From a virus (Duplodnaviria; Caudoviricetes): a stretch of 64,000 nt of DNA. This document shows positions 55,916 to 64,000 of this stretch, one piece after another. Position numbers and translations under genes: made by a program. Numbering within the stretch: the first letter of the stretch is position 1; every line of letters starts with the position of its first letter. Below the pieces are notes generated by a model. It was not told the origin of the DNA. It saw only the letters and a program-made list of their open reading frames with translations, and ran no database searches. The stretch spans positions 485 through 64,484 of IMG/VR virus record IMGVR_UViG_3300018481_000023, one strand, 5' to 3'.

Positions 55916-58756
55916 TTATGCTTCCGTCATTATTGAGGTAATGTCCCACTTGGTATCGAGCGAGTTGTAGATCATGCCGATGTAGGTTGTCTTGCCACTG
56001 ACCAACGCTGTCGGCAAGGTCACACCTATGGCGCGGTAGATTGCAGCAAAGCCGATCGAGACTGCGGCAGTCGCTTTAATCCTGATAACGTGGCCGAGGC
56101 CGTCAGATACTGTACCGGTCGGTGCATTGACAGTCAGGCCAACCGTTTGAGTTGTACGGACGGATATATCGTTGGCAATGTTAGGCGTGATGCCTGCGTT
56201 GCTGGTTGTAGAACCAACGACCGGCGTCCTCAAGGACTCGATCTTGTCGTAGACCGCGTCCTTGGTCGGCACTGCGTTCGACCCGTTCCAGCCAGCCGCA
56301 TAGGCGTCAGCTGCTACTGTAAGGACACCAGCCGAGGATATGGTGACGACATCAGCGGTACCATTGTAGAACCGGAGCGTGTCGGTGTTGTTGTAGATAG
56401 AGAATGTACCTGAACCATCCCGGTCGACGCATTGGAATGCGCCCGACGCCCCGGTTACAGAAACGATCCCAGTTACCGAGCCGCCTGTCAGAGGGAAGAA
56501 GAGTTGCAGAGCGTCATACACAGCATTCCTAGATGGAGCAGTTGTGCCATCGCCATTCCAGCCAGTAGGATAAGCGCCATCGCTAGGAGCGCCTCCAATC
56601 GCAACGCCGTTGATCTTGTATGTCTCGCCGGTTGGCAGGTTAATGCCGGTGCTATCGATGGTAGCTCGCGTCGTGCCCGTCGAGCTTAAATGAATAGGCC
56701 CGTCGAGTTCCTCGATGAATAGCGCGTTGCTGCCTGTCCGATAAACTTGGGCGCGAACCATACCGCCATTGTCGATGATCCGAAACGCGCCTTGCGCCAG
56801 CCCGCCCGCGCCGTCCGTGTCCCAGCAATCAACCGCAGGATTGGCCGATTGCACCCTGATAAGTGCTCCGGTCGAGGTGATGTTGCCCGTCGCAGTGACA
56901 ACGCCAGTAACTTCTAAGCCAGTCGCTCCGAGTGTCGCATAAGTAACGGTCTGCGCCGTATTTTTGAAGGCGAAAGCGTCCCAACAGAGCCAACCATGAC
57001 TGCCGAGAATTGACCCGGTATCCTGCATTGTCCCGCCGCCGAAGGCGCTTTGAAACCTTAAGGAAGAGTAATAATTGGTCGCTCGGATTGTGACGCTGCA
57101 GTCGGCGTCGGCAAGTGCAATGCCTGGCCCAAAAAAGTTTGCGCCGCCGTTAACACTTAATCCGTTTGTATCGAGTCCGGCGCAGTTGATCGACCTGTCC
57201 AAGTTGTCGAACGCATGACTCGCTGCACAATGAACAAAGCCACCACCATGAACGAGCAGCCGCCCACGCGAAGTCATCGCTCCGCCAGCGGTGATGTAAT
57301 AGTCGTGGAACTGATAATAATTAGTCGAGTAGTAGTTCATTGTCAAATCGGTAGGCGCGCCGACCTGAGGACCGAACGAATGGTAGTTTCCGTAGGCACC
57401 AATGTTTCCAGTAACATTCACAATGCCTGTAACGTTTAGACCAGTGCTGCTAAACGTCGCCCAATCCGTGAAGTCTGCTTGTGCGGCTGAAGGAGGAGTA
57501 ACGCCACCAATGATGACGTTTTGCGTATACTGTGAAAACAGGCGGGTCGCATATTTGCCACCAGCATAGCCGAGTTCAATGCCGTTTTCGGCAACCCCCG
57601 CATTGTCATAAACAGAAACGCCGGGATTGCGGTTTGTGCCGCTGGCGGCAAGCGCCAAATTGGCGTTGACTCCATTTAACACGGACAATCTGCCCGCGTT
57701 GGTTAGGGTCATGCGGTCCGCGCCAGCGGAATAGAAACGGAGCGTATCGGTATACGCCATAAGCAAAAAATTGGCGGTATAGTCGCGAGCGGTTACATTG
57801 ATAGTCGCGCTTGCTCCTTGGGTGCCAACAGGGCCATCAACCATTAGCCCTGCGCTGCTGATCGTGGCAAAGGCGACGCTATTGGCACGGTTCTTAAAGG
57901 TCTGGGTGTCGCCGCAGTAAGTCACCGTCGCGCCGGAGGCTCGAAGACTGAGGCCATCGTTGGTAGAAGCGGTACCCCTCAAGTCGATGGTCGAGATCCC
58001 CGAGGTGGGGTTGAACGTCAACGCAGGACTGGCCGCCGAGATGGTGACGTTGCCTGTGATGGTTCCACCCGCTTTGGCAAAGCGCAGCTCCATTTCGTCA
58101 TACACGGCGTTTTGGCTAGGAGCTGTAGTAGTTGTGCCATTCCAACCGGTAGGATATGCAGTATCAGAGACTACGCCCGAACCCATCGACTGGATTTTGG
58201 TGTAAAGCGCCCCCTTGGTGGGGACTTGCAGTGAGCCACTCCAGCCTGCGCCATAGATTTCGTCTGTGACCGTAACGTAGCCGGTTACAGCAACGCCAAG
58301 CGAGGAGAAGACTGCACGCGTGCCACTACCTGCCCGATTACGGACAGAGAATGTATCACAGTCGAGAAAGCCGGTGTTAGCACTGGCTTGCATACGAATG
58401 CCGTCGGATCCGGCGTTGGTGCCTCGTAGGGAGAGATAACTATCACCCGTCGTCGGGTTGATAACGATTGCCGCAGTCGCGTAGGAAACCGTTAGGGAAC
58501 CAGTCATGGTCCCGCCGGCTTTAGGCAGTCGTAGTTCCATCTCGTCATAGACGGCATTCTTGGAAGGTGCAACCGCAGTAGCTCCATCCCATGATACGGC
58601 GTAGGGGGTGTTATCAGCAGAAGCGGGGGCTAGGGCCGCCTTGATCGTTGAGCCTTTGGCCTTCATGCCGTCGCCGTTTGCTTTGACGACGTACATCCAG
58701 TCAAGATCGGCAAGGGCCAGAGTTTCAAGGTGGCCGGTTAGTGCCTTATTAGTCAT
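55916..58756 (-). CDS. long fibre protein with repeated YxxxWxG...P(S/T)xxA(V/L)Y modules
   Basis: Five such modules; LPKAGGTMTG fibre motif; C-terminal LPTALVSGKTTYIGMIYN...KWD. Confidence 0.78.
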   Translation of the reverse strand: MTNKALTGHLETLALADLDWMYVVKANGDGMKAKGSTIKAALAPASADNTPYAVSWDGATAVAPSKNAVYDEMELRLPKAGGTMTGSLTVSYATAAIVINPTTGDSYLSLRGTNAGSDGIRMQASANTGFLDCDTFSVRNRAGSGTRAVFSSLGVAVTGYVTVTDEIYGAGWSGSLQVPTKGALYTKIQSMGSGVVSDTAYPTGWNGTTTTAPSQNAVYDEMELRFAKAGGTITGNVTISAASPALTFNPTSGISTIDLRGTASTNDGLSLRASGATVTYCGDTQTFKNRANSVAFATISSAGLMVDGPVGTQGASATINVTARDYTANFLLMAYTDTLRFYSAGADRMTLTNAGRLSVLNGVNANLALAASGTNRNPGVSVYDNAGVAENGIELGYAGGKYATRLFSQYTQNVIIGGVTPPSAAQADFTDWATFSSTGLNVTGIVNVTGNIGAYGNYHSFGPQVGAPTDLTMNYYSTNYYQFHDYYITAGGAMTSRGRLLVHGGGFVHCAASHAFDNLDRSINCAGLDTNGLSVNGGANFFGPGIALADADCSVTIRATNYYSSLRFQSAFGGGTMQDTGSILGSHGWLCWDAFAFKNTAQTVTYATLGATGLEVTGVVTATGNITSTGALIRVQSANPAVDCWDTDGAGGLAQGAFRIIDNGGMVRAQVYRTGSNALFIEELDGPIHLSSTGTTRATIDSTGINLPTGETYKINGVAIGGAPSDGAYPTGWNGDGTTAPSRNAVYDALQLFFPLTGGSVTGIVSVTGASGAFQCVDRDGSGTFSIYNNTDTLRFYNGTADVVTISSAGVLTVAADAYAAGWNGSNAVPTKDAVYDKIESLRTPVVGSTTSNAGITPNIANDISVRTTQTVGLTVNAPTGTVSDGLGHVIRIKATAAVSIGFAAIYRAIGVTLPTALVSGKTTYIGMIYNSLDTKWDITSIMTEA

Positions 58757-59310
58757 AGAACCTCCTCGCTCAGGAATAGATCCGTGGCGATGTCTTGCAT
58801 ATTGGGTTCGAGCAGCATTAAGTCTGTACCAGACTGTATAGCGCCCTCAAGTAGTAATCCGAAGTATTCGATGGTCAAACTCGATGTCTGAGTGGTAGCC
58901 GGATCGAGCGTAGCAATGACTAGACCCACACGTCCAAGCTCGGTTGTCTGATCCAAGGTGACAGGAGCAAGTGTAATCGTCATTGCCGCGAGGATCTCTC
59001 GGCTGATTACACTGAGCGTGTCGGCTGGGGCCAGAGTCGCTACGACCACGCCCTCCTTGCCATGCTCACCAGCAGCCACCGAGCTGGCGAAGCCCAGTGT
59101 TTCGTTGGTTACGGCCTCGATACCTATCGATAGGACGGCAATGAGGAAGGCCTCGTCGAGAGTAGTAAAGGAGACCCCCACTCTCTCCAGCATACCTGTG
59201 ATGGTAGCAGTGACTGGAGCTAGCGTATTAAGGGTAGCTCCGTAGCGACCCCGCGGCGATACATAATCGCCTTCCAAAATGGCAGTCTCATCCGGTATAA
59301 GGATGGGCAC
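58753..59310 (-). CDS. structural protein with ~6 TL(A/D)P repeats (start uncertain)
   Basis: NTLAPVT, TTLDEA, ATLAPA, ITLAPVT, ATLDPAT similar to repeats in 49898..53653; ATGA coupling to the fibre gene. Confidence 0.65.
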   Translation of the reverse strand: MPILIPDETAILEGDYVSPRGRYGATLNTLAPVTATITGMLERVGVSFTTLDEAFLIAVLSIGIEAVTNETLGFASSVAAGEHGKEGVVVATLAPADTLSVISREILAAMTITLAPVTLDQTTELGRVGLVIATLDPATTQTSSLTIEYFGLLLEGAIQSGTDLMLLEPNMQDIATDLFLSEEVL

Positions 59311-59445
59311 TCCGATGCTGGAATCGAACGTATATCGAGGCGGGGTGTACTTCGTGGTCCGATCCTTTCGCTCGTACTGGTCGTCCGCAGCTAAGCGGGG
59401 CGGGTGCTACGGTGATGGCAATTCTACCGCACTTCGGTTCTACGC

Positions 59446-60960
59446 TTAGGAACCATCTTCCGGGAACTCCGCAAGGAGTTTCTGATCGGTTGAGAGCCCG
59501 ATAATACGGCGTGCTTCGTCTCGAGTAATAAGAGCCTCCTCCGTAACCGCCTCCTTTCCCTCCTGTCCCTCACTCCCAGGAACAACCGTGCCGTCAGGTA
59601 GAGAGCTTTCAGGAGTAGCAGGAATTGCATCGACGCCCTCCTCGATGATGATGGGCTGCATTCCTTTCTGGATGTTGGCGAGACTCCTTGCAGTTTGAGC
59701 CGCCGTTTGGCCTCGCTCCAGGGGAGACATACGGTACGCGTCAGGCCATAGGCAGCGGGCCGACTTAATGTCGGTATCGGCTGGCAATGGGGTAATTCCG
59801 TTATTGATAGCCCACATGACGAATGGCCAGATTATTCTAGGTTCAGCATGTAGCTCTCGGTACTCTTCGATTCGTTCTGCCCAGGAGGCCTTGTCCTGAG
59901 ACGAGGCCAATTGTCCTGCTTCGGAACCCAGGAGAATGCGCTTGGGGATTCCCGAGGTACCGGAGATGAGGGTAAGGAGGACGTCGAATGCGCCCCTGGG
60001 GTCTGCCACCTTCGCCATGAGATTCTCAATCTCAACCCCACGGGTCCGCATTGCACGTCGGAAGCCATGCTCATACTCGTCCACCTCAGCAGTAAGGTTG
60101 AGTTCATCTTCCTCGTCGAGATCCATATCCTTGTCGACATTGATGTGCAGGCCGGGATAGCTTTGCTTCCAGTAGGATTCGCTGGAGGCACCCACAACCT
60201 TCATCAGGTCGGTCAGGTAGTTCCAAACCGGAGCATATTCGGGGATACCGAAGACGTTGGATGTAAGGATGCCACGACTAATGTGAAGAACCCGACTGTG
60301 GTGAACATCGAAGGCCGAACCTTGGGGACGTGTGTCCGTATCGACTAGGCCCATACGATCTTCGCCGGCATTACGAGTAGTAGAGACCGGAGAGATGGTA
60401 TACATCGTAGGCTGGCCGAAACGGGGATTCATAGGATCCCGTTCCCAATCCTTGATCTTGACCTGCGTTTCGCCATAGGGCTGAAGGTAGGTGATTTGAA
60501 GAGTGCCGGCGCCACCTTTGGGAATAGGCAAATCGATACGTCCACGGTTAGTGCCAATGAGAACAATGGCAAAACGTCCTAGACCGGCAAGGATGTCGGC
60601 ACGACGGAGTACGGACCAGAGATCACTGTCCCATGCCAGGCGGGCAAATTCTTGACTCCACTCAACCTGATCCGGAAGGTAGATCCTGGGGGGCCGTCCC
60701 CATGTTGAATCGGGTTTGGCCTCGACTAGGCGCTTGGCGATTCCACCTCGGGTGTACATGTCGTACATCTGCTGGACGTTGAGTTGGAGATCCCAACCGA
60801 ACGCCTCGTATAGATCACGTTTCCCGCCAAATTGGACGCCCATTTGCCGAGCCCAGCCGGCTCTTTCGAGCATAAGGTAGACCCGATTCATGAATCCGCC
60901 ACGAAGTTGCCCTTTATCAGGGTTATTGGCTGCTTCTGTGATCCGAGGCCGCGTAGCCAT
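59446..60960 (-). CDS. portal protein (DUF1073-like)
   Basis: RDLYEAFGW, YTRGGIAKRLVE, RFGQPTMY, VHHSRVLH, GIPKRILLGSEAGQLASSQD. Confidence 0.88.
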   Translation of the reverse strand: MATRPRITEAANNPDKGQLRGGFMNRVYLMLERAGWARQMGVQFGGKRDLYEAFGWDLQLNVQQMYDMYTRGGIAKRLVEAKPDSTWGRPPRIYLPDQVEWSQEFARLAWDSDLWSVLRRADILAGLGRFAIVLIGTNRGRIDLPIPKGGAGTLQITYLQPYGETQVKIKDWERDPMNPRFGQPTMYTISPVSTTRNAGEDRMGLVDTDTRPQGSAFDVHHSRVLHISRGILTSNVFGIPEYAPVWNYLTDLMKVVGASSESYWKQSYPGLHINVDKDMDLDEEDELNLTAEVDEYEHGFRRAMRTRGVEIENLMAKVADPRGAFDVLLTLISGTSGIPKRILLGSEAGQLASSQDKASWAERIEEYRELHAEPRIIWPFVMWAINNGITPLPADTDIKSARCLWPDAYRMSPLERGQTAAQTARSLANIQKGMQPIIIEEGVDAIPATPESSLPDGTVVPGSEGQEGKEAVTEEALITRDEARRIIGLSTDQKLLAEFPEDGS

Positions 60961-62702
60961 TATAAACTCCTCATTGGTCTGCCACGGGAGTCAGTTATGG
61001 TCGTTTTAGGGACCAAAAGTCCCTTACGGCGCCCAAATGTCGCTCCCCGACGATGAGATTGTACCGGTCCATCCCCAGCTTCTAGCGTAGACAGGGGCGT
61101 GTGGGCTGTGTTTCTGCCCAAGTGGCGCCCAATAGAGGCCTTGAGGCCAAGTTTACCCGTCAACATCTGGTATGTGATGGTTACGCCGTCGATCTGGTCA
61201 TCATGATCTCCCTCTGGGAAGACCTCCGCCTCGATGAACAATTCCCTCACCCACACCGTCCGCAACTCGTTCTTGTCCTCTACCAGCAGATCGTGATCCT
61301 CGTCGACGACCACATAAACCTTCCCATGCTCGAGGGCCGAGAGGAAACTTGCCGCCCTCAACAGCTTAGAGGTTACGGCTGGGAACTCTTTGACCTTCGC
61401 TCCCTTGACCTGTTCGCGCGCCAGCTTCTCGAAGTACCGGATGGAGTATTTGCCACTGGAACCAGGCTCTTGTTCCATGCCAACATTAAAGTCCGGGTCC
61501 AGATCGTAATCTGACCGGGTAGCCTTGCAGAACTCCAATTCGGCCGTCGCCGCACTCCACTGTCCCCTTTTCATGCCTTCGATAAAGAATAGGTCGTCGT
61601 CCTTCTGATACATGCACCGTGGGCCCGAGGTATAGTCCCCGGCTTCCTTGGTGGAGGCCATGTCCCAGCCCCTGCCCCACTTCATCTGCTTCTGGCTCTT
61701 ACGCCAATCTTCAATGCGAGCAATGAAGTCCTTACGGGTAATCTTCCTAAACCACTTCAGGTTGACAACCACGTTTTCGTCGGACAGGGGGTTCTGTTGG
61801 AACATCGCCTCGAACCACCTCGAGGTCAGGTCGATCTTGATGTTGTTCACGGTCTCTGCGTCGTAACGCTCGGGAAACAGTACGTCGCCGTACTTCCGAC
61901 CAAGGATGTCTCGAGCTTGGTAATCGGGCACTTGAATTAGACGCCCATCTTCTCCCTGTTGGGTGAGACTGGGCTCGTAGATGGCTGGCAGTCGGATGTA
62001 CTTGAAGAAATTGCGTCCCGTGCGCTTCTGCGCAGCTTCGATGCGGCCATGGAGATCATTAGCGACCCACCGCGTGGCAAGGATGATAACGATGGCGCCA
62101 GGCTCTAAACGAGTCCGCGCAACTGTTAGCCACCAGGTCCAGAGGTCCTCGAGGTAGGTGGGGGACATGGCTTCTTTCGGTTCTTTGATGTAGTCGTCCA
62201 GGACAAATACATCTGCACCTCTTCCTGTGATAGCACCGCGGAGCCCCACAGCCTTAAGACCTCCGCCTTTGGTGGTAAGGAAGTTTTGGACACGCATAGT
62301 GTCAGATCGGAGCCGGACATTGAGCAACTCCTGGTTCTGGAGGATGGTGTCACGGATCTCACGAGAGAAGTCGGTTGACAGGTCTTCGCCGTATGTAGCG
62401 ACGACTACGTTTTTCTGGGGGAAATTCTCCAGAACCCAAAGGGGAGTAGCCACGGTGGAGAGCTTCGACTTACCGTGACGCGGGGGAGCTGAGATCAGAA
62501 GGCCACAGTTGCCTTGCATGATACAGCGGGCAATTTCCATGGAGAGGTATTGAAGCCACTTGGCAGGGATCCACCAAGGGTTGAGTCGGGACATGAGAGT
62601 TGCAGGAGTAAGACGCCAATCGGCAAGAACAGCCGCTGCCCTAGCTTCTCGGAGAGAGGTTTGTACGCCCCCTCCTACGCCCTGGGCGGGTGCGGTGGCC
62701 AT
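60960..62702 (-). CDS. terL: terminase large subunit
   Basis: APPRHGKS, ITGRGAD, LDDYIK, TRW...DLHGR, FQQNP, GWDMAS, EQEPGSSGK, FPEGDHDDQID. Confidence 0.95.
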   Translation of the reverse strand: MATAPAQGVGGGVQTSLREARAAAVLADWRLTPATLMSRLNPWWIPAKWLQYLSMEIARCIMQGNCGLLISAPPRHGKSKLSTVATPLWVLENFPQKNVVVATYGEDLSTDFSREIRDTILQNQELLNVRLRSDTMRVQNFLTTKGGGLKAVGLRGAITGRGADVFVLDDYIKEPKEAMSPTYLEDLWTWWLTVARTRLEPGAIVIILATRWVANDLHGRIEAAQKRTGRNFFKYIRLPAIYEPSLTQQGEDGRLIQVPDYQARDILGRKYGDVLFPERYDAETVNNIKIDLTSRWFEAMFQQNPLSDENVVVNLKWFRKITRKDFIARIEDWRKSQKQMKWGRGWDMASTKEAGDYTSGPRCMYQKDDDLFFIEGMKRGQWSAATAELEFCKATRSDYDLDPDFNVGMEQEPGSSGKYSIRYFEKLAREQVKGAKVKEFPAVTSKLLRAASFLSALEHGKVYVVVDEDHDLLVEDKNELRTVWVRELFIEAEVFPEGDHDDQIDGVTITYQMLTGKLGLKASIGRHLGRNTAHTPLSTLEAGDGPVQSHRRGATFGRRKGLLVPKTTITDSRGRPMRSL

Positions 62703-63715
62703 TACATGTGATCCCCGAGGGTAGCGTCATGGTTTTGGGAGGAGGTCATATCCGTGCGGGATATCTTAAGGATGGCTTCCTGCAGCACCATGCCAGAGTC
62801 TTCGTCACTAAGCAGGGCTTGCAGCTTCGCCGTGAAGTTGTCGGAGCCTTCTTGAGACAGGTTGGCACCGCGGGTTATGTGCTCCATGATCGATTGGACA
62901 CTGGCCCCGTCAGGGAGACGATCCTTCGGGAGACTTGAAGCATATTGTCCCGTGAGGCCGACAGAGAGCCGCATCAGCTTGATAAGGGTGTCCATGGCCT
63001 CGATGGCTTCCTTGGCATCGAGCTCTTCGATCCACTCCGGATCCTTGAAGCGGGTCTCAAGGGTCGCCAGCAGAGTCTCGGCACGTGTGTAATGGTCTGA
63101 TTCCATCTTACGCGTCCGGAGCTGGCGTTTGCGCTCCTCCGCAGCCACAATGAACAAGTCGTATGCTCGCGCACGGGAACTCCAGTAGAATTCGAGGTAA
63201 CATTGGCGGAGGACTTCGAGACCGGTACCTTCTTGGGCCGAGAGAAGGTCAAGTTGCCTAATCCCATGTTCCTCCGCCTGATCGATGTACCTTTGGAATA
63301 GGTTGTGTGAGGATTGCGGCTCGTGTGGAAGCTGATTCCAGAAAGGGGTTCCAGAGGCGAGGGTTGGGTACCCTTCGTTGTAGAATAGGCCTACCGACGC
63401 AGAGTCCACTTCATCCTGAGCGACAGACCCCGTGAGTAGGGAAGGCAAGAGGTCGGAGCGAATGAAGTGCGTCGGTAGACCAAACTGGTTCTGTTCAATG
63501 TTCTTTGACAGAATGGCGATGGCGTCTCCACGGGAGCATTGATCGGGGAGTACGATAATCTCCGCACCGTAGAGACGCCCGTCTTCTTCGCGAGTCGCGG
63601 GAGCAAAGAAGACGTCCTCGCCAAAGTCTTTACCAGAGTCGTCCGTTAGCGGGTTACGGTCGCTCTGCAGACTGTGGTCTGTAGTTACATTAAGGGGATG
63701 GTCGTTGGTTGACAT
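62702..63715 (-). CDS. terminase small subunit (putative)
   Basis: W.QLPHEP....NLFQRY and WSSRARAYD motifs; directly upstream of terL. Confidence 0.65.
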   Translation of the reverse strand: MSTNDHPLNVTTDHSLQSDRNPLTDDSGKDFGEDVFFAPATREEDGRLYGAEIIVLPDQCSRGDAIAILSKNIEQNQFGLPTHFIRSDLLPSLLTGSVAQDEVDSASVGLFYNEGYPTLASGTPFWNQLPHEPQSSHNLFQRYIDQAEEHGIRQLDLLSAQEGTGLEVLRQCYLEFYWSSRARAYDLFIVAAEERKRQLRTRKMESDHYTRAETLLATLETRFKDPEWIEELDAKEAIEAMDTLIKLMRLSVGLTGQYASSLPKDRLPDGASVQSIMEHITRGANLSQEGSDNFTAKLQALLSDEDSGMVLQEAILKISRTDMTSSQNHDATLGDHM

Positions 63716-63744
63716 GGGCCCTCTGTAGATTTGCGTATGGACAT

Positions 63745-63790
63745 ATTATAATGGTCATTTGATGGGGAATCAAGAGCGGATTGTTTGGTA
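63745..63790 (-). promoter_or_regulatory. sigma70-like promoter for the packaging genes
   Basis: TACCAAACAATCCGCTC-TTGATT-17nt-TATAAT. Confidence 0.78.
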
Positions 63791-63857
63791 CTCCGTATTA
63801 TTTTTGGCATGGATAGTGTAATGCTCTTGATGGGGCAGTAAGAGCGGATTGTTTGGT
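63760..63857. repeat. ~30-bp imperfect direct repeat
   Basis: TGATGGGGAATCAAGAGCGGATTGTTTGGT (63760-63789) vs TGATGGGGCAGTAAGAGCGGATTGTTTGGT (63828-63857). Confidence 0.75.
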
Positions 63858-64000
63858 CCGTCCGATTTACTTTAGGACACTGACATTAATCCCCCCGGCA
63901 CTATTTTTACCCCCTACTACGTTTTTTTACCCGTTAAGCTACAACTATAGTCAAACAATAGATTCCGCAAACTAAAGTTACTAGCAAGTCAACGACAACT

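Noticed and set aside
59446-60960. Anti-CBASS Acb1 (a label sometimes attached to DUF1073 proteins)
   Set aside because: Position after terL and the motifs indicate portal; no HxT phosphodiesterase motifs recognised

Overview
This window is most of the genome of a tailed dsDNA bacteriophage (siphovirus-type, apparently lytic: no integrase seen). An alphaproteobacterial, possibly Sphingomonadaceae, host is inferred from the tail module and a secreted thermonuclease-like gene. Layout: (1) 1-3.3 kb, leftward small early genes with several HTH proteins. (2) 3.5-33.3 kb, rightward replication and metabolism arm: primase-helicase, a pair of secreted S/N/Q/G-rich proteins, endolysin, RuvC-like resolvase, DJ-1/PfpI, HNH, ligase, ThyX, SNF2-like helicase, Cas4-like exonuclease, Sak4-like ATPase and SSB-like protein. 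This arm also holds a 7-deazaguanine DNA-modification locus (queC-queD-queE-dpdA-like, UDG-fused PolA, NTP-PPase, dNMP kinase, folE, purine PRTase). (3) 33.3-63.7 kb, leftward virion arm from terminase to tail tip, with an unusual ~10 kb fibre module between portal and prohead protease. Thirteen sigma70-like promoters were read directly, most with a conserved (G/T)ACC box 16-17 nt upstream of the -35. The best novelty candidates are the repeat-scaffold fibre module with an embedded GNAT, the secreted amyloid-like pair followed by a multi-hairpin RNA, and a possibly pre-replicative deazaguanine pathway. All calls come from motif recognition by eye; no searches were run.
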